DNA of 63,417 nucleotides, the filler included, from Parasitella parasitica NRRL 2501 (taxonomy: Eukaryota; Fungi; Mucoromycota): assembly GCA_025201805.1 (NCBI GenBank). It is 6 parts of 6 records of this genome, joined end to end, with 100 filler letters (N's around TTAATTAATTAA, not from the genome) between each part and the next. Parts side by side here need not be neighbours in the genome. Positions count along the whole stretch, not along the records: positions 1 to 30,933 come from MU619328.1; 5 more parts are not named here. One strand, given 5' to 3'. The position numbers were made by a program, and so were the translations under genes. A model generated the notes under the pieces. That model was not told where the DNA came from. It made no database searches and was given only the letters and a program-made list of their open reading frames with translations. Positions 13,060-25,664 of the stretch are shown here, in pieces (the stretch's first letter is position 1; the number at the start of each line of letters is the position of its first letter).

Positions 13060-13540
13060 GAGCGCAAGGTGGGTTGAATGACTCGACGATTCACTGAATA
13101 TGCAGTTCGCAGGTGCTCTTTCCTGCAAACGCATGGCGTTGTACCCAGCGCCAATCTTGCTTTATTGGGTTAAGCTTGGGATAGTCAGGTGGAAAGATAC
13201 ACAATTACTTTTTATGTTTTCATGCGCGTGAATGGGTGCAATATTTACGACTATGCGATAAACTTTCATTTGTGGATGCTTGCTCTGGTAGTAGGCCGAG
13301 TAAAAATAGCATGGACCATGATCTGGTCGTTTCATATTGATATCAAACGCACCAGCATTTGGCATGGCATCACAAGCCGCACATTTCAATTATTCAGAAT
13401 GAGTGGCAACCGTCTTAATCACAAACTCATTTTGATCAGCAACGTAGTCCAGAGGTCCAGAGCCACCATTCTCATCAACTACATCCCCATACCCATCTTT
13501 GCAAAAAAAAATGCGGTGCAAAGATCTTGAAAAAGCAGCT
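13060..13540 (-). pseudogene. Internally deleted, degenerate Tc1/mariner-IS630 (DDE_3) transposase relic
   Basis: Across stops/frameshift: DGYGDVVDENG (Mucorales Tc1 N-terminus-like), AFDINMKR, MKVYRIVVNIAPIH (cf. LVMDNAPIH), FPPDYPKLNPIKQDW (cf. LPPYSPELNPIEQFW). Confidence 0.65.
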
Positions 13541-13667
13541 CCTACGACTCGCATTTTTATCGAGTGCCACGCTGCTGCTGCCACCAGAGTCCGTGACTAT
13601 AGATCCTGAGTGAACAAAAGATATCGCTCGTCCCCTAGCCAACAAGTCGTTTTTGCATCTGGTCACA

Positions 13668-16617
13668 ATGTTTGTTATATCAAAGCATGTTGTGTATACG
13701 CAGCGGCGGTCATTGATGCCTTGTTCTGCCTCTGCAAGACTCGAACCAAATGCAATCAACATTAATGGACTATACCAATCTCGTACATTTTTTACATCAC
13801 TTGGAAATGTATTCTCAAAGTAACTATACACCAACAACACTGACACTTATTTTTTTTTAATAAGGAAATGTTATAACAATAGAACAAAAAATAAGGTGCC
13901 TATACCTAAAATAGTGGCCGATATTCAATTACATCATGGAAAAACTCGACAAGATTTGTTCTCCTGGATGGAATCTTTATCAGATCAAGTACATGCGTTT
14001 GACGTTTTGCATAAATCAATATGGCTACTAATCTTATAACCGAATAATACGTACAGCATTTAGGATCCTATATAAAAGCAGAAAACGAGTACGTTTTTAC
14101 ATTTTGAATAGAAAGAAACATTGCTTCTGAGCATTTTCCTCCTCTTTGAAACAGATTCACACGTCAGTCTATGCGTCAACATAGATTCTTGCATAAAATC
14201 ATATTGCAAGAAATGAAACGAAGATTATACGTGCCCAATGTATTACCGCCGTTAAAAACAGTAGCCAACGGATACGAGTACTATTCAACTACATCAGCTT
14301 ACGGCATGGTTTATTTGAGAAAAAAGCTGGGCCAAGGAAGAAATACACCCGAGGTATAATGAATACATCTGCTCAAACTACACTATTGACATGTATTATA
14401 ATGAATAGCAAGTTTTGCTCAATTCAGGGTTTCTACGATCAATGAACATGTCTGTTCGCAAAGTTCTACTATCACCAAACCATTCAATATTTGCATACAA
14501 TACAGAGAGAGAGGGCATGGAATACGGTGAATTGCACTTTAAAGATTTAGATAACAGAGCAGATTGGGAGGTAAATTATCAACGCAAAAGTATACATGTG
14601 TATTTACCAACTGCTGTCTTATTTAGAACGAAGTTTTGGACAATGTATTTAATTTTGTGTGGGCTAATGATCGTGTTGTCTACTATACAGTGCCGAATGC
14701 CCAATTGAGACCATATCAAGTAAAAAGATGGCACGATTTTCTAGACTTGACATAAGCTCATCTCCGTTTTTTTAACTCAAGGTATTCGCGCATGTCATTG
14801 GTACAGATCAATCACAAGATGTTCTTGTTTATGAGGAACTTGATGACACAGTATTTGTAGATATTACTAGTTCAAAAGATGGCGTAAGATAGGAAAAAAA
14901 CGAGAAAATATAGTTTTTGTCTAACCTGCAGAATATGTTATCGTAGAACTATGTTACCATAAATGCCAACTCACTTTCGTCTTCTGAAGTAAGGGTGATT
15001 GAATCCAGCCATGACTATATAAACAAAGCTGTACCCAATGTAAAATTAGTGAAACCTCGTGTTCCCGGTGTAGAATACTATGTGGATCACCATGACGATA
15101 GATTTTATATATTAACAAATGCTGACAATGCAAAAAACTTCAAACTAGTATCCACGCCAGACCATGCCATTGGAAAATCGAATTGGACCGATTTGATTAC
15201 AATGAGTTCTACAGAAAAGATTGAAGATGTTGATTTGTTTCAAGTAAGCCAGTTGGTTCATATGTCGTTGTGCAGCAAATGTTGACTTGTGGAAATAGAA
15301 TAATGTTGTTATCTATGGTCGTCGAGACGGCCTACCTATGATACTATGCCATGATTTACGTACAAAGGAAACCCATCAAGTGCCATTGCCCGAAAAGTTC
15401 TGTGTTTTGAACCCGGGCACTAATTTGGTAAGTAGATCATCTCTCTCTTGGAACCATTTCTTACAACCAACAATGGGTGCAACAGGATTTCAATACGGAC
15501 GTATTCCGTTTTTCTGTCATATCTCCATTCACACATGAATCAACATATGAATACGACATGTCGACTCGAAAATTACATTCTATTCGAGTACAAACCATTC
15601 GCAGTGAGTGTTATTTGCGCGTTGTGATGATTGTGCTGAACAAACATGATATAGAGTTTGATAGATCAAAGTACACTTGCACTCAAATCCATGTCAAATC
15701 GCACGATGACAAGCAAATCCCTGTAACTCTTATACATAAAAAAGACATTGAGATGAATGGAAGGTACACTTACGACTAAGGAATAATACTTATCATATTG
15801 ATTCGTATTTTCCAGGAATCCTGTGCTAATGAGATCATATGGTGCTTATGGAACATCCACTGATATCGAATTCCGAGTAGAGCAATTCCCTCTTATCGAA
15901 CGTGGTTGGGTAATTGCATTAGCGCATGTTAGGTGAGCATTAATCCTACATTTGCTAGTTTTAGACAAGGAAAGTAACTCAATCCATCATAATAGAGGAG
16001 GAGGGGAACTGGGCAAAGATTGGTACGAAGATGGAAAACTGGACAAGAAAATGAACAGCTTCAAGGATTTTATTTCTGTCGCAGAACATCTAGTCGAAAC
16101 CAAGTTAACTTCATCAGAGTACCTCACAGCAATGGGCACTAGTGCAGGCGGTTTACTTGTTGGCGCTATGTTACATATGCGGCCGGACTTATTCAGGGCT
16201 CTTGTACTTAAGGTTCCATTTGTTGATCCTCTGTCATCTATGCTTAATCCTGAACTTCCTTTGACTCAAATTGAGTATCCTGAATGGGGAAATCCTACGC
16301 AGGATGCAAAGGCGTACGACCTCATTGAGAGTTACTCGCCCTATGAAAATATTAATGCAGATTTATTTAAATCTCGTTCTTCCTTACCATCTTTGTTTGT
16401 TACGGGAGGCATGAAAGATCAACGTGTAGCGTACTGGCAACCACTGAAGTTTGTTGCTTGTCTTCGCCACTTTACACCACAGACATTTAGCAGCACTGTG
16501 TTGTTAAAAATGGACCTTGATCGTGGTCATTTTGGTGGTGGTGGATCAGAGCAGGACTCTCGATTATCTGATGTGGCAGAACAAATGGCATTTTTAATAA
16601 CTCAAGTGCAAAAATAG
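13668..16617 (+). CDS. Prolyl oligopeptidase family S9A, oligopeptidase B-like, multi-exon
   Basis: HHGKTRQDLFSWME N-domain; YGAYG; HVRGGGELGKDWYEDGK; nucleophile GTSAGG; Asp in KDQRV; His in GHF; ATG 13668 inferred via intron 13820-13864. Confidence 0.88.
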
Positions 16618-16810
16618 CCTCACCATGATGTATTCTATTGCACAATACAAAATTAGACTTTAATAAAAAAAATAAAAAATAAAAAAAAGGAATCGAACGC
16701 ACTCTGTTCATCCTCAAGTTGGAGGCAAACGAGTCGCAGCGTTGTCATAAAATAAAACGTAGTAAATCTTTAAAATACAAGAATATTTTATTTGACTCAT
16801 AGGCAAACGC

Positions 16811-19149
16811 TTATTTCTTTCCGATAACTTTGAAAGTACCGTTTGGCAAAGCTTCGCCAAGGTATCCAGTAAAGTACCAGCCATCAGCATCAAGGACATC
16901 AGAAGTAGCTGCCTCATCATTATAATATCCCGTGAATACATTATTTCCTCTAACCCAAATCTCCCCACGAGGATTAGGAATATCCTCAGCATGCATCGAG
17001 AGTTCAGGGACATCAACCAGCTTGATTTCATTACATGGTAAGGGGGCACCTTTTGCGTCTGGAGCAGCATTGTAGTCGTAAAACATAGAAGCAGTGATAG
17101 AGGACGTAGTTTCAGGCGTATTAAGCGATTGAAGAACCTGGGCACTTAAAGTTGCCCTCAAAAAAGTAGCTAAAGACGGATCTGCATTATCATCTAGAAA
17201 TGAACGCAAATGATTAATACTTGATAGCACATTAATTTTGCAGTATGCTACCATTGTCAATGTAAACAAGTCTCAAGTTGCCTCCAAATAATGTTTTACG
17301 AATATCCCTGAATACCAACATGTCGTATTTACAATCATCGATTAAACGACTCTCCTTAAGATAGCATTCCTTGGTACTGTATCCTCGCTTGAATAGGAAA
17401 GATCTGCCATAACGTGATTCAATCAGTTGTTTGACTTGACAAAGGAATCCTGATCCACTATAAATTTTATAGTCTTTAGAGCAAATATTTCACGTTGTCT
17501 TGAAATTCGTCAGCAGCTTACCTAACAAAGATGGTGGGTTTGGCTTCTGCGATACGAGCAAGAGATTGTGTGATGTCGGTATGTTGCTCGTCGTCAGTCT
17601 CATCGCCGAATGCGATAGAACCTCCCAATAAACTCACAGTTGCAGCCATGACATGCCCAAATACATTATCTAAAAATCCATATCAGCTCCATTGTTAATT
17701 CTTGTTCCGTATTTTTTGTTTACCTATCGGCAAATTCAACATTAATCTGTCCTTTGGCGTCACTCTTTGTTGAGGTGGAACAACTAGCAAATATGAAGCT
17801 ACAGCAAAATAGATGATTTAATATACGTGTTCTATTGCGATAGCTGCATTCATATACTTGCAAACACTAGAGAGCAGGTTCTAACCGCACACAAGAAGTA
17901 TTTAGTTCCAATATACTATACCATTCATATGATCAATTTCTCACCTTTTGGGTCAATACAACACCATTTTTGGATCCCTGAGTGATAAATAATGTTTAGT
18001 GCATTGATCGTATTCTTCACTGATAATCAACTAACATTTTGTGGGGTGAAATAAACACTAGCGATATCACTTGGAGCTAGCCGAAATAATCAATTATCCA
18101 GTTTATCATAGATTTAAGAGTGCCATAAGTCTTACCAACTGTAACAGCTTCGAAATGGGCTGCCTTTCCTTCATTTTCCAATTCCTCGAACGACAGCAAT
18201 TCAATCCCAATTTCTATGGCTTGGTGCTTCTGCTCGGCTGATACTTGACCAAAGACAACAAGTTTTTCCAATGTTAATCCTTGAGCAGATGCTAACACCC
18301 GATCCAGAAGATCTGAATCTGTCAACAAAACCTTGAGTGAAGTCTTTTTGATGACATGATTCAAATGGGTGGTTGTTGCAAAAGAAGATACAGGTACAGT
18401 GACGAGACCATGTCTGTGGCATGCTGCAAAATGCAATCTGTTGGTCCGTGTATTTGTCTTGGCCAATTTGAATCACTTACCAATCTCGGTGAGGATCGTA
18501 TCTACGAAATAATTGAAAACTTTTTAACAATATGAAACATCAAGTGGCGAATCTACAGCTTACAGAGAGAATTCTTTGCATAAATGCCGACAAATGAGTT
18601 TTCATCGCCGGACTGAGGTACTAATCCAGCAACAGTTCGCAAGCCCTGATAGACAAGTGGAACTCTTTTACCAATATCATCTGTAGATTGTGATTAGTAC
18701 TGGAGCACTTGGGCTCAGCGAGCTTGAAGATTGTCCATATGTAATATATATATATTTGTTTACCATAGCTTGACTAAAAAGAAACACAAACCAGATTAGC
18801 TCATCCGTCTTTCTAAAATGGGTGCAATTCAGCTTACGTATTTAGAGTTTATGTCATAAGCTAAAAACTCTGCTGTCTTGTTTTTTTCGATACCTCCAAG
18901 TCTGTAGAACTCGGCCATGGTGCGAATGGAGCGGTCGAAAGTAGAGCAAAGGGGAGTGCCCATTGGATACATTCTGGAGCGATACACAGCACTCTCTTCA
19001 GGATGTCGAAGTCGCGAAACGTCCGATTGCGTATTCAACAACAAGGGATGGATATCCGGAGTCTTGGAGTTGCGAACGGATAATAGAGCAGCAGCTCCAA
19101 CAATTGAGGTTAATAAGGCGTAGCTCAAAGTATCCAGCTCGATAGTCAT
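16811..19149 (-). CDS. Long-chain acyl-CoA synthetase-like protein with degenerate AMP-binding motifs, ending at the hinge (multi-exon)
   Basis: N-terminal TM; GAPLPCNEIKLVDVPE, PRGEIWVRGNNVFTGYYND; P-loop reads YFTPQNGSKNGVVLTQK; stop after KVIGKK. Confidence 0.8.
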
Positions 19150-19375
19150 GGTTGTTGTATATTTCGTGTAGAAATTCAAAAGAAACAAAAGGAGCAGCAG
19201 TAGATTTAATAGAAATTTATACATGTGATTCTTGTGTCTGCCCTTGCGTCTCCGCCTCTAACAATAGTGGCTCAACCTCGAACATTTGCCTCTCTTTTTT
19301 CCCATTCTACCAATACTGAAACTAAAGCTGCTTTAGAATAACATTGAAGATTTCACTCTTTTAAGCAAGCCTTTG

Positions 19376-22300
19376 ATGCTAAACATTGCTCCATACATTG
19401 CTAAAGTAAGCCGAGGATATGGGATTAACTGCTCTGAACTCAATCCTAGATTAGTATGTTAGATCTTTACATGCTCGTCAAGAGAATCTAAAGATCCCGT
19501 ATAGTCAATCTCAGTTCGGTGTCGTTCTTATGGTTGACATTGTTGGTAAGCTAGCATTGCGTACTTTGCTTACCCTGTCATATTCACTAAATTGGATTTG
19601 TATTTTAGGCTTCAGTGCTGTAAGATGCCTTTGCATGTTGGTTGTTTCAATATGTTCACATCCCATATCATTTGTTTATTAATAGTTAACCACAATGGCG
19701 GCCGAGAAAGGAGATTCTGGTGCCGAAGCTATTGCCCTTGAAATTGGTGCCTATATGGGAGAAGTATGATATCACTAGGCACAGAACTATGTATATGCAA
19801 TTAGGCTAAACCCAAAAATAGTGCATTGAGATTATCGAGCATTTCGGTGGAGATGTTGTAAAGGTAGACTAGTGACTAATGCAAATTCTTACATAAAAGA
19901 TGCCTAATCGCAAATCAGTTTCTTGGCGATGCTGTACTAGTTAGCTTTCAATTAAATACTTTTGATGAGCAAGATGACACATGCGCAGATGAGACATCAA
20001 AAGACAAAGCAGCTCGCCAAAAAAATGTACTTGTTCGCCGAGCAGTGGAATGTGGGCTACAATTACTTGCAAGACAATCACATTATCGAGTGTATTTGAC
20101 AGCAGAAGAAAGATCAAAGCATCGATCTTCACTTACAGGAGAAATCGATCGACGAGGGATACAAAGCAAAGACCAACGTTTTTTCTTATTTGATGCAAGT
20201 GGACAATCCACAGACAGCGAAGGATCAGTGTCTCAAGACAGCCTTCAAATGGCGTCTGTGTTGGATCTGGATAACAGCTATACAGAAGAGTATTCGACCG
20301 CATTCAATTTCTGGAAGTGTATAACAGCAATATTCGGAAAGAGCAGACGAAATAGGGTTTATGCTAACCAAAGACAAAGTAATACAAGTGAAACGACCAA
20401 GCAGGGACCTGATGCGATTGATTTAGAGTTACACATAGCTCTGTCGTGTGGAGAAATTACAAATGTTATACTAGGTGACATAAAAGCTACGCCCAAGCAG
20501 AAACGATTTTCATACGTGAGTCCTAACGGCACAGAAAATCTTGTGGATCACATGTTAGATTATAAAGGGCGATTGGAGTACGCAATTTGTGGGCCAGCAG
20601 TGGAATCATTAGAGGATGTCTTGTCTGCTGCAAAAGCTGGTGAGATGAGTATCACTCCAGAAGCCTTCAGGGTCTTCCAAAACCAAGCAATGAGTCTGTC
20701 GTACGAAAAGAGAAACCGGTTCTTTATCGTAAAAAGCTCTGACACTACAACATTAAAGAAAAACGAACGCCATCATCACGCACAGGGCAAAAATGACCAG
20801 TTGTATGCAGATTATTTAGCTAATAGACCTGGATTAAGGACACGTGCTGCTACACTCAATATTGAACCATTGATACCACGTACCCGCGATACGTCCTATT
20901 TGGAGCTGTCATCTGATCCTAACCCCAATTACCTCAAATACATTAATCGCAGTGCTTTATACAGACTTCAGCATAGCCCTGACGACAATTTTCCGGCTCA
21001 ATTCAGAGATGCAACAATCATGTTCATCAGCTTAGGCAAATTAAATGTAGCCACACAAGAAGGAATGCAAATTGCACAAAAGGCTACAATTACTACGATC
21101 CAAACGCTTGTAAAATATGAAGGTACGGAAAACCAGCATTCGTAAAAACAAAAGAATACCATGCTAAATTCATGTTCAGGTGTTTTGCAGCAATTTGCAG
21201 TCGACGATAAAGGCATGTTGAGAGTATAATGCAGCCACATAGAGTAGGTATTGATACTTTCTCTTTCCTCCAGGTGCGACATTGTTAGCTGTGTTTGGCC
21301 TACCGCCATTGTCTCATGAAAGAGAAGCTGTATTTGCAGCAAAAACAGCTATTGATTTGCGTGAAAGCTTCATGGGGTTCTTGGATGATTTCGCCATCTC
21401 CCTCTCGACTGGTGTTATTTTCAACTCTGTCTTGCCTCAAGGCAACCCCTATAGAAGAGATCCTGCAATTGCCGGTGATACCATTATTTTAGCCGTGCGC
21501 ATGTTGAAATTCCCGTTCTCTAAAAAGAAAATTGTATGCGATTTTGCAACAATGCAGCAAATTGGACGAGCCTGCGATTTTGAGGATTACGGCGAGAGGT
21601 TTGTTAAGGGTAAAGTCAAGCCCGTACCTATTTATGGCATTTTACGGTTCGCTGCTGTCAAGACGAAACGTATTTCAACGCAAAGTCAGGAAAAAAATTC
21701 TGATTTTATCGGCTACAAGTCGGAAATGGGCCTTGCAACTGAATTCGTAGATGAGTGGGGGGAGGTACCGAACCATCATTTATTGATTATTTCGGGGCCC
21801 TCAGGCGTTGGCAAGAGTTTCTTTTGCAGTGCTCTTAGCAAGAAGATATCATCTCGTAGTACAAATTGTTGCTGGTCATCGTCAACAGAAGGTAAGCAGC
21901 GCATTACCATCATTTGTATATACAAACACTGACTTGGGCGGTCAGTCGAAAAGAGTTCGAAATATTACCTTGTAAAGAATATACTATTGGTATTATTTGA
22001 TATCATTGATTCAGATCAAGTACCTCAAAACATTAGAAGAAGGGTTCCTTACCTGAGCGGATCAGGAGGCATCAATGTTGACTCTAGTCAATCATATTCG
22101 AACGCTGAAGTGTCATTAGCATCTTCAACATCGTCTGTACCACAATCGCCTACAGCCACTAAGGACAGTTACCAAAATACAGACACGGTGCGTCAAATGT
22201 CAACGCATTCCAACGTATTAATACCCTCTTTCAACGAACCTGGACTGCACGCTGAAGGAACGAATGAAACCACCGAATTGATTACTCGGTGTCTTTGTAT

Positions 22301-25002
22301 TTGTGGCGAAGAGGGTGAACTGCTGCCGCTATTCAAGGTTGTATTTGCAGCATTAGCAGACTTGCCAGACAGCAAATATACTCAACGTTTAGACAGCCGT
22401 GGTCGAGATATCTTGCTTACAGGCGTTATCACGCGCATGATCAGATACGTATCTGAGCATGTGGGTCTTGTATTTATTTCCGATGATGTTCAATGTAAGT
22501 TTTTTTTACAGGCGAAAATATTCATAGCCTGTTAATATTTCAATTAGGGGCGGATTCTGCGTCAATTCGATTGCTACAGCACATTCATGAACATTGTCAA
22601 CGAGTCTTGCTTGTACTAGCGACTCGGCCTGTCAGAGATTACAACGTTACATTTATTCATGACTTTCGAGAAACCGGCTACTCAAAAGAGATTGAATTGA
22701 ATGGACTGGGGGCAACCGAAATAGGTGAAATTATACTGCAAACTTTCCAGACAGCCGGCGTTACTAGTGTCAGCCCTGAAATCGTTAGAGTCATTCAAAA
22801 ACGTACTGCAGGAAACCCACTTTATGTCAAGTAAGTCGACAAAATTGTGATTGCTTTGGTTGTGTAAACTTTCCATCCTCAATATTGCTTCTATCCTTTA
22901 GAAATATGGCTCTATTTTTAAAGGACTTCAACCATGTTACAGTTGTGGAAAGTGTGCTGGTCCCGAGTAGTAACCAATTTGATCTAGAGGATTTACTGGG
23001 CAACTTTGACTACAAGCGTATAATTAAAATGCAATTTGATCGATTAGAAGGAACCTTTCAAGAATTTTTGACAGTAGCCAGCTGTTTGGATCAATATTTC
23101 ACGATTAAGGAAGTTCAGTCTGTGCTCAAGGAGAACAATACGGGCTTCAAACATGTCACCCAAGATGAAGCTCAAGAGAGGATTGAGAGATACGATTTTT
23201 ATCACTTCATTCAGAAAGTAGACGATAGCATACTAGGAACACATGGCGATTACTACACATTCGCCCACATCACTATTCCTCAAAGCATCTACGATATTGT
23301 GTCATACGAGACTCGGATCTTGTTGCATCGTCTTTTGGCCAAATATTATGAAAACGAGTTAACCCGTGAAAATTATACAGATCTTCTCTGTAAAGTTACG
23401 AGACACTACTTACAGACAGATTGGCTCGATAAGCAGCTATACTATTTGGAGGCCTTGGCAGATCTCAACATCAAATCGTACCTGCTACCTGAGGCCACGG
23501 GAAACCTAGAACGTATAGTTAAAATCCTTGACGAAAATCATGATTTGGCTGCACAGTTTGGTCGAATTCACCAAAGTGATATATTTCGCCGTCTGGGAAT
23601 GTGCTTTACTATGCGTACAAAGTTGAAGGAGGGCGAACGCTTTTTGTTCTGTGCACTGGATTGTTTGGGGGATCCCTGGCCTCAAAGCGAACCTGAATTC
23701 CTCTTTAAATTTTGGATGAACCGTCTAGCTCAATATCGCCACCGTAAATTACGAGTGTTTCGCAAGTATAGCACGAAGGATGTAAAGAAGGAAATTGGAA
23801 AGCGAGTAGTAGAGATCATGGCCCAGCTTTCCAACATTTACTTTTACACAGGGAAAGGTCGTGCGTTTGTGTATACTTGTCTAGTGGGCTTGAATGCTTG
23901 TGAGCGTCTCAGTGAAGTTGGCCCCAATTACACTCTATTTCTTGCAAGAAACTCGTTGTTGAGCTGGCTCAATGATGAGAAAGAGCAGAGTATATTTTAC
24001 ATTACCAAGGCACTGCGATATATGGACGAAAAAAACGATGCAGATACTTTAACTATTTGCTCGCATTTGTGTTTTGCTGCTGGCAAGTTTAAAAATGCAA
24101 GAGACTTGCTATATCGATCCATAGATGCTGTCAAGACGCTGGGAGTGATCACTGACTGTCAAGCCTTCTATCGATCCGTGGGTCTTGTCATTACAATGCG
24201 GATATTCGAAGGCACCTTGGATAATTCGCCCGATGATTTACTGCTGTTGAAACAAATGGCAAACACCGTACATAGTAACTGCGACCATGAAGCAGAAATT
24301 TGGCTAAGCGTATACAACATTGGCAATGCGCTCATCATGGACCGACTTCGTGAATGCGAACCGTTTGTTGCATTACTAGAAACTCACTTGAAGCAATCAG
24401 CAGATTACAACAGAATTGCCATCCATGGGACATTGCTCTACTACTATGCTAGAACTCGCAACTATGAATATGCTCGTAATCATACTCGAAACTTGGTAAC
24501 CATTTTGCCGCTATTAACTGTTACCCCCAATATCTTTCCTATTTTCGGCTTAATTTTTGCTACGATGGGTATGTATTGTTTGATCGAAGATGAACAAGTT
24601 GACATTGTCTCTTCTGGAGATTCAAAACACTATGATCGATTTATCCTTGGTGTATCGAGGATCAATCACGCTTTTCAACAAGTGAAATTTTGGGAGTTTA
24701 CCCAGCCTTGTCTGTACTTGGCTAGAGCTTTACCTTATATTAGTACTGGGAGAACGGTAGAAGGATTTATGGTTTTACAGCATGGAGTTTTAGAAATGCG
24801 GTTTATTCAAGAAATCAGGTTTCTAAAAGCTTACTATTGGGCCATGCTTGGTAAATATGCTTTTACTCCAACAGATCGTGTTGAATGGACACAGCGAGCA
24901 AAGAGTGACTTTAACGATCTCAAGATTCCGGCACATGTATATTGCAATCCTGATCCAGCCAATTCGTATTCTCGAAACACTCCAGCAGATTTAACTGCTT
25001 AA
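19376..25002 (+). CDS. Soluble adenylyl cyclase (ADCY10/sAC)-like protein: two class III cyclase domains + STAND P-loop NTPase + long helical/TPR-like C-terminus
   Basis: C1: VLMVDIVGFSAL, FGGDVVKFLGDAVL; C2: GVLQQFAVDDKGATLLAVFGLPP, RRDPAIAGDTIILAVRML, VKGKVKPVPIY; Walker A GPSGVGKS; Walker B VFISDDVQWAD; GNPLYV; 705-aa terminal ORF. Confidence 0.88.
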
Positions 25003-25664
25003 TTGTATATAGTCTTTATATATCTGAACAAAACTTTTTTCTGAAATGTCAATAGATGCATATATATTACTCCTCACAATAATCGAACAAATTAAATGAA
25101 AAAAAAAAAGCGTACTGATTTATCTAAATCGTTTAGTCTCAATGCTTGAAATATGTATGCAATATTTGTCAAAGGTGCATATAACCTGATATTGCAAACC
25201 AGCCATTTTACTGCATCCGTTTACTGATTTTTATTGCAAATTCCCCCGATCCATGAGAATGATCCTCGCTGTACGGGGTTCTTCTGTTAGAGTTGCTAAA
25301 GATATGGGTAATTCTGAATTGGCTTGATCACTTATTTTGTGGTTGCCACGACTCCTACTTACTTACTGGCGGGATTAGCTGCACTACTTGTTCTAGTTGA
25401 ACTGGTAGATCCGGCGTCAGTTGTTCCTCATCAATGTCAAGAAGGCGTCTTTTGCGAGGCAAATGTAAAAAACATAAGCTGGTTTATTTCTTAAAGAAAT
25501 CGATGAAATAAAAGCAATATATCTATTTCGAAAAAAAGGTTTATTAGCAATGGAAAATTAAGCAAAATAAAAGTAGCTAATAAATAAGTGAAAGAAAGCA
25601 GCAACATGAAGAAGGTATTATCTAGTGATTGACTGAGCAGGCCACAGCATTGTATTTAATCAGT

